A DNA stretch of 64,000 nt, taken from the NCBI GenBank assembly GCA_964437185.1, contig CAYTFU010000001.1:101022-165021 (forward strand), read 5' to 3'. The notes beneath the pieces are model-generated. The model was not told the origin of the DNA. It saw nothing but the letters and a program-made list of their open reading frames with translations, and did not search any database. This document shows positions 25,734-35,439 of this stretch, one piece after another (the stretch's first letter is position 1; each line of letters opens with the position of its first letter). The DNA is from an uncultured Candidatus Saccharibacteria bacterium. GTDB taxonomy: Bacteria > Patescibacteriota > Minisyncoccia > Phycocordibacterales > UBA2100. The position numbers and the translations under genes are program-made.

Positions 25734-27150
25734 GGGTGGTACAACGCCCTCTTCGCCCACACCTGCGCCGGTGCGCGCACACTCAGAAATTGATGAAGCC
25801 GTTATTCTTGAGGAAGAGGTGACGCCTCGAAAACATGCGGAGCAATCTCTCTCCGGCGAGACGGCAGAAAAAAAAGAGAGTGCCGCGGCACCAGCGCTGA
25901 AATCAGTTGTAAAAATGCCGGCGTCTGAGCTCGCCGAGTCTTCGCCGACGCCAGCTACGATGTCGGCCTCGCCCCATACTCCGCTTCCACCACAACCATC
26001 GACATCGCTCGACATTCCACTGCCCGAGCCGCCGCATGATTCGCCCATACCGGAGGCTGCACCCGCGCGACCCATTATTCAGCCGCAAAATCCGGCGGCG
26101 GTGAGCGCGAGCATGCCAGGAATACTGAAGTCGGTAAAACTTCCGGAGCGATACGAGCAGAAGGGGGCGGCCGATAAAAAAATCGCCCCGGTGACAATCA
26201 CCGAAGAACCCGCGCACGAAAAAGTTGTTACGGAAATAATCACACCCAAAAATGCGCGACCGAATGCTCATACACCCGTCACCCCCGTGCACACGCTCAA
26301 GCAAGATTTGCAGGACCTTTCGCGGGAACAAAAAGTTTCTCTCGTACGTGCCGTCGCACTCGAAGAAGATCGCCGTGCGCACGATTCGAAAGAGCTAGAG
26401 ACACCCGCGGTACAGCAACGATCAAAGCGGACGTTTGCAATCCTTTTTGCCACCCTCCTTTTCCTCACCATAGGCGGCGGAATTTTGTTTGTCGCGCTGA
26501 GCGCAATGCGTGCACCGACGAATCTCCCGCCCTCACTCAATGTCCCCTCGCTGCTCTTTGCCGAAGATATCGTTCCGCTTCCGCTTACCGGCAACTCTTC
26601 CACCAACCTGCGTGCAACGCTTGAGGCGGCTCGATCGAACAGCACTCAGCCGCTTGGCGCAATGACTCGTATCGTGCCGATCACATCGGTTCGCGGCGAA
26701 GACGGGGTGCAGCGCGAAGCGGTGGCGACTTTTGCAGAATTTATGAAGAGCCTCAACGCAAACATTCCATCGGATCTGCTGCGCGCGCTGAGTGATGATT
26801 TCTTCTTGGGACTACACTCAATAGATGAAAACGCCCCGCTCCTCGTGATTCCCGTTACCGCCTACGACCGAGCGTTTGCCGGTATGCTCACGTGGGAGAA
26901 ATCGCTCAATGCCGACCTCGGCCAACCTTTTACCATCCTGCCACCCCTCATGCTCACGAACGGAATCGTTGAAACACGTGCGTTTCAGGATCTCATCATT
27001 CGCAACCACGATGTACGCGCCCTCAAGGACGATCGGGGAGAAATCCAACTGTACTATGCGTTTCCGAACCAAGATGTATTAGTAATTGCCGAAAGTCCGT
27101 ACTCGTTTGTCGAAATTCTGAGCCGCTTGCAGGCAGGGCGCAATCTCTAG
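25687..27150 (+). CDS. hypothetical Pro-rich membrane protein
   Basis: Pro/Ala-rich N-terminal region, one TM helix (FAILFATLLFLTIGGGILFVALSA), C-terminal globular domain. The 47-nt overlap with pnp suggests the true start lies further downstream. Confidence 0.45.
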   Translation: MAEIHMAEVDHGDISKGGTTPSSPTPAPVRAHSEIDEAVILEEEVTPRKHAEQSLSGETAEKKESAAAPALKSVVKMPASELAESSPTPATMSASPHTPLPPQPSTSLDIPLPEPPHDSPIPEAAPARPIIQPQNPAAVSASMPGILKSVKLPERYEQKGAADKKIAPVTITEEPAHEKVVTEIITPKNARPNAHTPVTPVHTLKQDLQDLSREQKVSLVRAVALEEDRRAHDSKELETPAVQQRSKRTFAILFATLLFLTIGGGILFVALSAMRAPTNLPPSLNVPSLLFAEDIVPLPLTGNSSTNLRATLEAARSNSTQPLGAMTRIVPITSVRGEDGVQREAVATFAEFMKSLNANIPSDLLRALSDDFFLGLHSIDENAPLLVIPVTAYDRAFAGMLTWEKSLNADLGQPFTILPPLMLTNGIVETRAFQDLIIRNHDVRALKDDRGEIQLYYAFPNQDVLVIAESPYSFVEILSRLQAGRNL

Positions 27151-27191
27151 GGGCTTGGAAATTTTCTAATCTGCACGGTATACTTGCCCCC

Positions 27192-27551
27192 ATGGAAACA
27201 CACACTGCGGAGGAGATAGAGGAGTTGCGAGCGATGCTCGAAGCCGAGCGCGATTCACTCGAAGAAGAGCTCGCGAGTTATGGCCGCGTGCAGGGCGAGG
27301 GCGGCGATTGGCAGGGAAGCTCGGGCGGCGGTATGGAAGCGGATCCGACAGATGCTGCCGATCAAATTGAAGAACTCGTTACCAACGTCCCCCTTGTAGA
27401 AGAATTGGAAAAACGGCACAAAGAAGTCCTCGTCGCGATTGAAAAGATAGATGGGGAAGGGTACGGGCTGTGCGAGACCTGCGGCACGCTCATTCCATTA
27501 GACCGACTCGAAGCGAATCCTGCTGCGAGCATGTGCATGAAGCACGCATAG
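27192..27551 (+). CDS. DksA/TraR-family zinc-finger protein
   Basis: Coiled-coil N-terminus, then C4-type finger CETCGTLIPLDRLEANPAASMC. Confidence 0.65.
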   Translation: METHTAEEIEELRAMLEAERDSLEEELASYGRVQGEGGDWQGSSGGGMEADPTDAADQIEELVTNVPLVEELEKRHKEVLVAIEKIDGEGYGLCETCGTLIPLDRLEANPAASMCMKHA

Positions 27552-27680
27552 GGGCCGTTCACAAATAACATACTTGTTATTTGTGATTACGACCCCTTGT
27601 GCCGCGTTCATAATTTATGAAGCTTGTTTATGAACGCGGCCGTGGCGCTTCTTCGGCCCTTCGTTTGATACAATCACGGG

Positions 27681-29246
27681 GTGGGTAAACAAAAAATCGC
27701 CTCGGGCTTTGCGCGCGTCTTTGGAGCGCAGCCGATGTTACCGAAAGGAGCAATCGTTTCTGTTGAGTGCGATATCGTAAAAGGACTTCATGCATTTGCG
27801 ATTGTCGGCCTCCCCGATAAATCTGTCGAAGAGGCGAAAGATCGCATCGCCGCCGCTATCAAAAATACATCTCGTCAATCAGAATCGGGAGGTGAAGATT
27901 TTGAATCTCCAAAACGAAGCAACAAAAAAATCGTCCTCTCACTCGCGCCCGCGGCGCTGAAAAAAGAAGGCGCGGTTTTCGACGTACCCCTTGCGCTTTC
28001 TTTCTTACTTGCGTCGGAACAAATACGATTCGACCCCGCTCGCAAAATGTTTGCGGGGGAACTCTCACTCGATGGCACCGTCTCCCCGATACTCGGATGC
28101 TTGTCGATCGCAGCGGCCGCTCGCGATGGAGGGTTCACCGACATTTACGTTCCAGCCGCAAATGCCGACGAAGCGGCCCTCATATCGGGCCTCCATGTCC
28201 ACCCAATCACATCGCTCGAAGACACGATTATGCAGCTCGCGAGCACTGCGCGCACTCGACCTGCAAACCGCACTCCAGAGCGCGCACAAGACGAGAGCGT
28301 TGCGTTTGATGAAATACGTGGGCAAGAAAGTGCGAAGCGCGGGCTCGTCATTGCGGCAGCTGGGGCTCACAATATCGCCCTATACGGGCCGCCCGGAACC
28401 GGCAAAACACTGCTCGCACGCGCCACCGTCTCGATTCTGCCCGATCTGAGCGAAGAGGAAATGATTGAGGTCACCACCATCCACTCGCTTTCAGGCACAT
28501 TAAGCGGGCATGGGATTTTCCGGCCGCCTTTTCGCTCTCCGCACCACACGTCGTCGTACGCCGCACTCATCGGGGGAGGGTCGAATGGTATACGCCCAGG
28601 CGAAGCGACGCTCGCGCATCGCGGCGTCCTCTTTGCCGACGAGTTTCCAGAATTTCACCGCGATGTCATCAATGCACTGCGTGAGCCGCTCGAAGATCGC
28701 GTCATATCTATAGCGCGCGCAAAAGGCTCTGCCATCTTTCCTGCGAATTTCATGCTCATCGCAGCTCTTAATCCATGCCCGTGCGGCTTTTGGGGGACCC
28801 AGCGATGCCGTTGCATGCCGCACCTCGTAGAAAAATATCGGAGAAAAATTTCTGGCCCCGTCGCGGATCGCATCGACATGTGGGTCTCGGTGGGGGAGAT
28901 ATCGCCCGAAACACTTTCGACCCAAAAGAAAAGCGTATCGGGAGAGACAGCACGTGCACGCGCAAGCGTCGCGGAGGCACGAAAGCGCCAACGAGAGCGA
29001 TTCAAGAACGCAAAGAACGTCGCGACCAATGCCGACATGGGGCCGAAAGAAATAGAATCGCTTGCCGAGCTTACGCCCGAAGGAGAAAAGACACTCGTCG
29101 GTGCCGCGCGCGCGATGAAACTCTCTCCGCGCGGCTACCACCGCACGATCAAACTCGCACGCACCATCGCCGACCTTGCCAACTCAAAAACAATCGAACC
29201 CTCACATATGTTGGAGGCGCTGCAATACCGCGCGCGGGAGCTGTAG
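27681..29246 (+). CDS. comM: YifB/ComM-family Mg-chelatase-like AAA+ ATPase
   Basis: Lon-like N-domain. Walker A GPPGTGKTLLA. FADEFPEF. C-terminal ChlI domain. The start may instead be the ATG at 27735. Confidence 0.9.
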   Translation: MGKQKIASGFARVFGAQPMLPKGAIVSVECDIVKGLHAFAIVGLPDKSVEEAKDRIAAAIKNTSRQSESGGEDFESPKRSNKKIVLSLAPAALKKEGAVFDVPLALSFLLASEQIRFDPARKMFAGELSLDGTVSPILGCLSIAAAARDGGFTDIYVPAANADEAALISGLHVHPITSLEDTIMQLASTARTRPANRTPERAQDESVAFDEIRGQESAKRGLVIAAAGAHNIALYGPPGTGKTLLARATVSILPDLSEEEMIEVTTIHSLSGTLSGHGIFRPPFRSPHHTSSYAALIGGGSNGIRPGEATLAHRGVLFADEFPEFHRDVINALREPLEDRVISIARAKGSAIFPANFMLIAALNPCPCGFWGTQRCRCMPHLVEKYRRKISGPVADRIDMWVSVGEISPETLSTQKKSVSGETARARASVAEARKRQRERFKNAKNVATNADMGPKEIESLAELTPEGEKTLVGAARAMKLSPRGYHRTIKLARTIADLANSKTIEPSHMLEALQYRAREL

Positions 29247-29426
29247 CAAATTCTCACGTTCCGCAGGTACTCCGCCATTCTCTCATTCGCCGAAACACTC
29301 CGTGATGTGTTTCATACGGGGAGGGAACATTTTCGCTGATACTCAACGTCCGCACCGTACTAAATCGAAGCGCCGACGATTCATACTGCGGATGAACCCG
29401 GGAATGTACGTGCCGAAAGCTCCAGT

Positions 29427-29957
29427 CTAACGACTGATGAAAATTTGAGACCATGCGTGGTGGAACCTGCCTTTGTCATATTGACCACATCCGTTCAACA
29501 ATATGGCCAGCAAAAGAAAGGCTGCACCAACATATAGAAGTAAATAACTTGTGTTGAAAAACTTTCCTCCACCATTTATATTTCCAGCACTTTCCCATTT
29601 TGGGGGATAGACGGAATCGGCCTCACCATCAAAAATACCCGGAGTGAAGAGGCCAAGTGTTTTTTCCAATCGGACGGCAACTCGCTGTTGTGCCTGAAAC
29701 CCAGTACAGAGGTCATCGAGGTACTTAAATCGCAATACCGCTATTGCGACCACTACGCCTATTAGATAAAGCAATTTCTGTCCGGATGTAAGGACAATAT
29801 CACTCTGAATGAACCACCCTCCTGCGGTAAGCAGAAGTCCCAATGCCCATACGCCGACACTTTGGACGCGGTCGCGGATTGTCCGCATGACTGTGTACCG
29901 TTCCTCAAGTGCCGATAGAAGCACTGTTGTTTTTTGTTCTGTGTTTAGCGGATGCAT
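29427..29957 (-). CDS. small multi-TM protein, putative SLATT-like membrane effector partnered with the upstream NTase
   Basis: 176 aa. Amphipathic N-helix then 2-3 TM helices (VGVWALGLLLTAGGWFI; LLYLIGVVVAIAVLRF; YLLLYVGAAFLLLAILL). ATG 1 nt after the NTase stop. Low GC. Confidence 0.4.
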   Translation of the reverse strand: MHPLNTEQKTTVLLSALEERYTVMRTIRDRVQSVGVWALGLLLTAGGWFIQSDIVLTSGQKLLYLIGVVVAIAVLRFKYLDDLCTGFQAQQRVAVRLEKTLGLFTPGIFDGEADSVYPPKWESAGNINGGGKFFNTSYLLLYVGAAFLLLAILLNGCGQYDKGRFHHAWSQIFISR

Positions 29958-29958
29958 A

Positions 29959-30891
29959 TTACGGTTCGAGATAGTTCCATGCCCTATGCATGAACAATTC
30001 GGCCTGAGCGGGGGTGCGATGCGCTTCCCGCAGGAGCCACTTCAACTCGCTTACTTCTTTGTAGTTCTGTGCCGTTGCGAGTACCCTCATATCATTCCAC
30101 ACTGCGGCCGCAACCGCACGGGCATCTTCACGGTATGTTGCACTGGTAAAGTGATGATTTCCTGCGTTCCATACTAGGGACTCCAGAAAAAAGGACGGCA
30201 TACTATCTTTAACGATAATGCCTTTGTCAGTCATTTCGTTGCGAGTATTTTTAAGTACTCGCACTGCCGCCTTGAAAGCTGTACTCGTGGCTTCGTTCTT
30301 ACTCACGCCACTATCGTAGTGCTGTTCGGGGAAACTGTGCGTCAGCTTCTTGTCGTTGTCGGTAATAAAACCGATACCCCTATGAGCGACAACCCCAAGC
30401 GCACTGTAGCGGTTGGAGCGGAACGCTGGCACCACATCGGCATTTATACGGGTACTGTTTCCAGCGACACGTATGCATTTATTTTTGCGGCTGACCCCTA
30501 GCAGACCGAATTTCTTTACCAAAGCATCGTGCGTATCCTTTTTGAACTGCTCAAAGCTATAGGTTGCTGGTACCAACGCATTCCAGTAATGCGTCTGGTG
30601 GTCTGCGGGAAGCCACTCCACGTCCGAAAAATACGAATCCTCATACACAACCGCTATATCCACATCGCTGTCGGCACGGACATTCGTCCGGTTAGCGTGG
30701 GAACCTTGGTGGATGATTTTTACGCTATTACCAAAACGCTCCCGCATGACATCGGTAATCTGACGTATGGCACTTTGGCATTTTTCTTCCTCCGTATCGC
30801 CTATTGGCTTTGCCCAGAGGTTAATTCTTTCATCGCTGACATTCATAACTTGTCCATAAAATATACGCTTCTCCGAGGAGTGGGGCAACAA
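29959..30891 (-). CDS. SMODS/CD-NTase-like nucleotidyltransferase (pol-beta fold)
   Basis: KIIHQGSHANRTNVRADSDVDIAVV matches the GS-x10-DxD motif of cGAS/OAS/SMODS-type NTases. A later acidic residue lies in RINADVVPAF. About 300 aa with a helical C-domain. Locus GC about 47 %. A probable alternative ATG start is at 30846. Confidence 0.55.
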   Translation of the reverse strand: MLPHSSEKRIFYGQVMNVSDERINLWAKPIGDTEEEKCQSAIRQITDVMRERFGNSVKIIHQGSHANRTNVRADSDVDIAVVYEDSYFSDVEWLPADHQTHYWNALVPATYSFEQFKKDTHDALVKKFGLLGVSRKNKCIRVAGNSTRINADVVPAFRSNRYSALGVVAHRGIGFITDNDKKLTHSFPEQHYDSGVSKNEATSTAFKAAVRVLKNTRNEMTDKGIIVKDSMPSFFLESLVWNAGNHHFTSATYREDARAVAAAVWNDMRVLATAQNYKEVSELKWLLREAHRTPAQAELFMHRAWNYLEP

Positions 30892-31016
30892 TGTATATAT
30901 TTTTGCGGCTTTTTCCTAGTTTTTGTAAATCAACCGACCTGATCAATGTCTCATAAAAAGTCGGGGCCCGGGGAAGCGGTGGCGTGTGCCAGCACTTCAC
31001 CCGGGACCTTTCGTCT

Positions 31017-31412
31017 TCACGGGAGTACTTTCGCCTCCCGAAGTGCGGCCGTGAGATCGACGGCACCAAACGCCCCCCTCTCCACAAGCGCGGAAACCCC
31101 TGCCTCCTTCATCTTATTGCGAAACGATTTACTTACGTCCCACGTGCACACGATGATTGGGGGCGGGGAGAAGACGCTGCACTCGCGAAGACGCGCGAGA
31201 TACCCCTGGATGTCCTTCTTGAAGACCCCGAGAATCACGACATGAAGATTCGCGACGCTGTAGACACCAACGGCCTCTGACATATTTCTCGCGAGAAACA
31301 AACAGAGGTTTGCGTTCAAAGCATCCAACTGCCCGCTCACAGTCGAAAGTAATGCACGATCTCCCACCAGGAGAATATCGGTCGTGCCGGCGATTTCGAA
31401 TTCGTCTGACAT
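31017..31412 (-). CDS. stand-alone degenerate receiver (REC-like) domain protein
   Basis: REC-like secondary-structure pattern (ILLVGDRALL; HVVILGVF; PPPIIVCTW; GVSALVERGAFG), but the phospho-acceptor Asp positions are substituted. GGATAGG RBS before the ATG at 31412. Confidence 0.4.
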   Translation of the reverse strand: MSDEFEIAGTTDILLVGDRALLSTVSGQLDALNANLCLFLARNMSEAVGVYSVANLHVVILGVFKKDIQGYLARLRECSVFSPPPIIVCTWDVSKSFRNKMKEAGVSALVERGAFGAVDLTAALREAKVLP

Positions 31413-31603
31413 TGGTCCTATCCCTTTTGCTTGGACGTCTCTGTATCGCAACATCCGGTTCAATCCAGCCACGAGTATTGAAAAAATGAGATGCCTTGTC
31501 AAATGCCGGGCAAGTCTGATGGACATTTCATTTCCTCACAACCAATTAGAAAAATCGCCCCCTTCGGAGCGATTTTTCAATCAACGTCGCCCATCATAAT
31601 CAA

Positions 31604-32275
31604 CTACCGAGCTGTGACAAACACCGTCGGCCATGAGTACGTGACGTTACCGTTTACGTCCTCAGACTTCAGCGCGTAGAAGTACGATGTGTTCGGCGCT
31701 AGCCCAGCAACATTGATATTGTGAGTTAGCCCAAACGAAACTTCGCTGATGGGCTGTCCGCCCATGACTGCAGGACCCGTTGGAGAACCTTCCAACATTG
31801 GAAGCGGCGAGGGGCTGTAATGCACGGTCCCGCGCGCCAACTCATTGGAGGTCCACATGATCGTCGCGCTTCCCGTCGTCGTAGAGATTACCGGACGACT
31901 CATGATCGGAGCCGAGCTATCGCTCACGCTACCTCCCGTGATCGCCGCATTGAGCGCAGCAAGCGTTCGCGGACCAACGCGACCATACCCCGTCGACTCT
32001 GGCGTGCCCGCGCAGACGATGTTTTGCCTGCACTGAAAACGCTCCACTGCCGACTCGGTAAGAGAGCCAAAGTACCCCGTGACGAGACCTTCCGGATAGA
32101 TTGTGGAATCCATCGCAAGATACTGCTGAAGCGAGGTCACATTGGCACCGCGATCTCCGAAATCGAGCGTCGAGGTTATCGTGGTTGCAGCCATTGCAGT
32201 TCCCGTAAACACGAGAGCCACGATGCCCAACACTACTCCGACAAAGCTCATACGCGCTATGACATACTTGTTCAT
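31604..32275 (-). CDS. secreted peptidoglycan-binding domain protein
   Basis: Signal peptide. PG_binding_1 signature LQQYLAMDSTIYPEGLVTGYFGSLTESAVERFQ. C-terminal FN3 or PAP-N-like beta domain. Confidence 0.6.
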   Translation of the reverse strand: MNKYVIARMSFVGVVLGIVALVFTGTAMAATTITSTLDFGDRGANVTSLQQYLAMDSTIYPEGLVTGYFGSLTESAVERFQCRQNIVCAGTPESTGYGRVGPRTLAALNAAITGGSVSDSSAPIMSRPVISTTTGSATIMWTSNELARGTVHYSPSPLPMLEGSPTGPAVMGGQPISEVSFGLTHNINVAGLAPNTSYFYALKSEDVNGNVTYSWPTVFVTAR

Positions 32276-32482
32276 ACGTGTGTGATGTGTGGTTTTATTA
32301 ATGCTTCGAGGAAATCGACCTGCGCTTCCTCTTATATGAATGAAGACGTCGTGCCTTTATCACTCTTACTCCGCGAATAATAAAACTTCATGAAACCTTC
32401 ATCTCCTGCCCCTTATACTCGGGACAGCGTGTAAGGATGCGCGCCATTCGTCCGTCTCATATTAATGAAGGAGATTGATGGT

Positions 32483-33154
32483 ATGAAAATACTTCTTGTT
32501 GAAGATGAAGAAAAGCTCGCCGATGTTCTTCGGCGCGGACTCACCCTTGAGGGGCATACCGTGGACACAATCTCAGACGGACAAAAAGCACTCACGCGGA
32601 TGTCGCTCCATCGAGACGACTACGATGCCGTGATTCTTGACTTGATGCTTCCATCAATGGGCGGAGATGAGGTGTGCGCCGAATCGCGCGCACGCGGAGT
32701 GACGACTCCAATATTGATCTTAACCGCCCGATCTGAAACCGACACGAAAGTTCGCGTGCTGCTCGCAGGCGCCGACGACTATGTGGTCAAACCATTCTCC
32801 TTTGCCGAGCTATCAGCACGGCTCAAGGCCCTCAATCGTCGACCATACGAGACCGTTGTCGAAAAACTCCACATCGGCGACATCGTCCTCGATCCAAATA
32901 TGCGGAGTGTGACTCTCGGCGGGGACGATGTACAGCTCACGCTCAAAGAATTTTCCTTGCTCGAGTACTTTATGCGCCACCCGAATACGGTCGTTAATCG
33001 GGAGGATTTACTTAGTCACCTATGGGATTTTAATTATGCAGGCTTTAGCAACGTGGTTGACGTACATGTCAAAAACCTTCGCAAAAAACTCGGCGATGAT
33101 GGTGGGCGGGTACTCGAAACAGTTCGCGGGGTTGGTTACCGGCTACGCGCATAA
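32483..33154 (+). CDS. OmpR-family response regulator
   Basis: GAAGGAG SD. REC domain MKILLVEDEE...DAVILDLMLP...ILILTA...GADDYVVKPF. Winged-helix domain LTLKEFSLLEY...VRGVGYRL. Confidence 0.9.
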   Translation: MKILLVEDEEKLADVLRRGLTLEGHTVDTISDGQKALTRMSLHRDDYDAVILDLMLPSMGGDEVCAESRARGVTTPILILTARSETDTKVRVLLAGADDYVVKPFSFAELSARLKALNRRPYETVVEKLHIGDIVLDPNMRSVTLGGDDVQLTLKEFSLLEYFMRHPNTVVNREDLLSHLWDFNYAGFSNVVDVHVKNLRKKLGDDGGRVLETVRGVGYRLRA

Positions 33155-34235
33155 GTATCGGTTTGATCCATTTTTTCGCACGCAGGTGAACGTTGTGGCG
33201 CTTCAGCTGACGTTCGCCGGTTTTCTCCTTCTCGTGGTGGGCGTTATCGCGTCGACCCTGTATCACGACGCATCGACAGCAGTGTCCGAAGGCATTAGCA
33301 AGTCGCTTTCACCCAACGCAAGCTTCACTTCTATCGGCAGTACCGTCGTCTCCGATTTGAGCGTCATGCGTTCTCGAACGGTGATAATTTCAGCAGTGAC
33401 CATCCTGTGCACCACGGTGGTCTTTACGTACATCATCATGTACGTGGCCCTGACTCCGACACGGAAGGCGCTCGAATCCCAGAAACAATTTATCGGCAAT
33501 GTTGCTCACGAGCTTCGAACGCCGCTCTCGATCAGCAAAACCAACATTGAGGTCGCCCTCATGGAACCGTCTATCGAGGCATCCTTACAGGAATCCCTCA
33601 TTTCCACCGTGGACGAACTTGATCGTATTTCGGAGATTATCAATAATCTATTAACGCTTTCAAGCTCTGTGCGTCCAGAACGAATGGAGTTTCGGGATGT
33701 AGATCTCGGCGAGATCGTAAACACGGTCGTCCAAAAGCTTAGGACATTGGCGGAGCCCAAGCACCTGACCATCGAGACTAAAATGGGAGAGCGCAGAGTG
33801 GTACTCGGAAATTCAACGGCATTAGAACAGGTGTTAATGAACGTCTTAAAAAATGCCATAGCGTACACTCCCTCCGAAGGAAACATACTCATAAGCGTGG
33901 AGCCAATATATCCGAACTTTATGGAACTTACTGTGAGAGATTCTGGACGGGGCATTGCACGTAAAAATCTTTTTAGGATATTTGAGCCATACTACCGTGC
34001 AGACCCATCGCGCACGCGCGCGGATGGAGGGAGCGGTCTCGGACTGACGATTGTTTCAGAGTTAGTCAAACTACACCACGGGAAGATCGCGGTCCGGAGC
34101 GCCGAGGGTCGCGGGACAACAATCACAATACTTCTACCGGCAGGTCGACCAGATACGGATAAGAAAGGGCGTGCAGATGTTGCAAGCGAAGTATCGGTCG
34201 ACTTTACGCGGGGCACTCGGACCACCCACAAATAG
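33096..34235 (+). CDS. sensor histidine kinase
   Basis: TM segment. H-box FIGNVAHELRTPLS. HATPase N/G boxes VLMNVLKNAIAYT, DSGRGI and GSGLGL. The start is uncertain: ATG 33096/33099 overlaps the response regulator, and a GTG at 33186 is an alternative. Confidence 0.85.
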   Translation: MMVGGYSKQFAGLVTGYAHKYRFDPFFRTQVNVVALQLTFAGFLLLVVGVIASTLYHDASTAVSEGISKSLSPNASFTSIGSTVVSDLSVMRSRTVIISAVTILCTTVVFTYIIMYVALTPTRKALESQKQFIGNVAHELRTPLSISKTNIEVALMEPSIEASLQESLISTVDELDRISEIINNLLTLSSSVRPERMEFRDVDLGEIVNTVVQKLRTLAEPKHLTIETKMGERRVVLGNSTALEQVLMNVLKNAIAYTPSEGNILISVEPIYPNFMELTVRDSGRGIARKNLFRIFEPYYRADPSRTRADGGSGLGLTIVSELVKLHHGKIAVRSAEGRGTTITILLPAGRPDTDKKGRADVASEVSVDFTRGTRTTHK

Positions 34236-34505
34236 ACTTGATCCTCGTTCATCAAATACTCATCCCATATCGATACGATAAGCGAAGATGTTCTATAAGC
34301 CATGTTCTTTCTTTAATCGCTTAGGTATCAACGTCAATGAGTCACATGCACACAAAACATTTCGACTCTTATGATGTTCTGCATCACGGGAGATTCGTTC
34401 GATGAGCCGGGGGCCGCGCAGTACGACACCGTACGTGCGGCCCCCGGCGTATATACGACAAACAGTAGTTCGTCGTCACTAGAACGTCTCCCCAGTCCAT
34501 AACAC

Positions 34506-35432
34506 GTGGAAACCTTGGCTGCTCCAACATGTATTAGAATGCGGTGGAGCGCAACGTACATGGACCTACACGCAGATCGCAAACAAAAGCATCCCGGCTA
34601 CGCACAGTGGCATTCAAACCCGCAGCGCAACAGGCATCACTTTGCGGCGTTTCTTCTTGTCGCATGTGGAGTCACGTTTGGCATCATCACGACCATTGCA
34701 CAAGACATGCCGATCTACGCGTACACCCCGCCAAACGTAACGCCGCCGCCTTCCGTCCGTTCGCTTACCAACGAAATGCTCACGGCCATCCAAGCGTATG
34801 AAGCGACGCCCGCGCACGTACGCGCCGAACTTTTGGTTCTCGTAGAGCCGATCATCGAACGTCGCAATAGCGCACTCGCGCGACTGCACGCGAAAGATGC
34901 TGATCGCGCCGCGCTCGAAACGCTTCCCCCAGAATTCATTGCGCAACTCTCTCCAGAAATCGCGGCGTGGTTTACTAGCGAAACATTTGCGCCTGAGGGC
35001 GACGAGATCAGTCTTGTCGCCGCAGCGGGCGCGAGCATAGAATCAGCAGTATCAGCCGTTACGGAGAGCGGGGGAGAAGACGGGAGAGAGTGCGTGCGCG
35101 GAACAACGACTGCCGTCATCACACCCCGATCCGCCGTGGCGTATGGACCGCACGACACACTCTCATACACACTTACAATTACCAACGCCGATAGCGGAGG
35201 GTGCACGCCGAGCGTTTACACAATATCGACGATGCTTCCGAGCGGCTGGATGGGATCTATATCTCCGTCTGAGATTACGATAGATCCCGCCTCGTCGGAT
35301 TCAATTCAGCTTACTGCCACAGCGCCCGCAAGCGCGGCGACGGGCATGTACACACTTTCCGCGCGCGCCGCGGGAGACACAGCCGATCACAGCGCCGAAA
35401 TCGCCGCGACACAGATTATCTTTCCTCGTTAG
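34506..35432 (+). CDS. hypothetical membrane-anchored protein
   Basis: TM helix FAAFLLVACGVTFGIITTIA, then an Ala/Ser/Thr-rich extracytoplasmic region. No recognisable motif. Confidence 0.4.
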   Translation: METLAAPTCIRMRWSATYMDLHADRKQKHPGYAQWHSNPQRNRHHFAAFLLVACGVTFGIITTIAQDMPIYAYTPPNVTPPPSVRSLTNEMLTAIQAYEATPAHVRAELLVLVEPIIERRNSALARLHAKDADRAALETLPPEFIAQLSPEIAAWFTSETFAPEGDEISLVAAAGASIESAVSAVTESGGEDGRECVRGTTTAVITPRSAVAYGPHDTLSYTLTITNADSGGCTPSVYTISTMLPSGWMGSISPSEITIDPASSDSIQLTATAPASAATGMYTLSARAAGDTADHSAEIAATQIIFPR

Positions 35433-35439
35433 GAGTACC

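Noticed and set aside
27859-29305. Multiple 67-213 aa ORFs on both strands inside comM
   Set aside because: Alternative frames of a confidently assigned gene. Arg-rich low-complexity translations.
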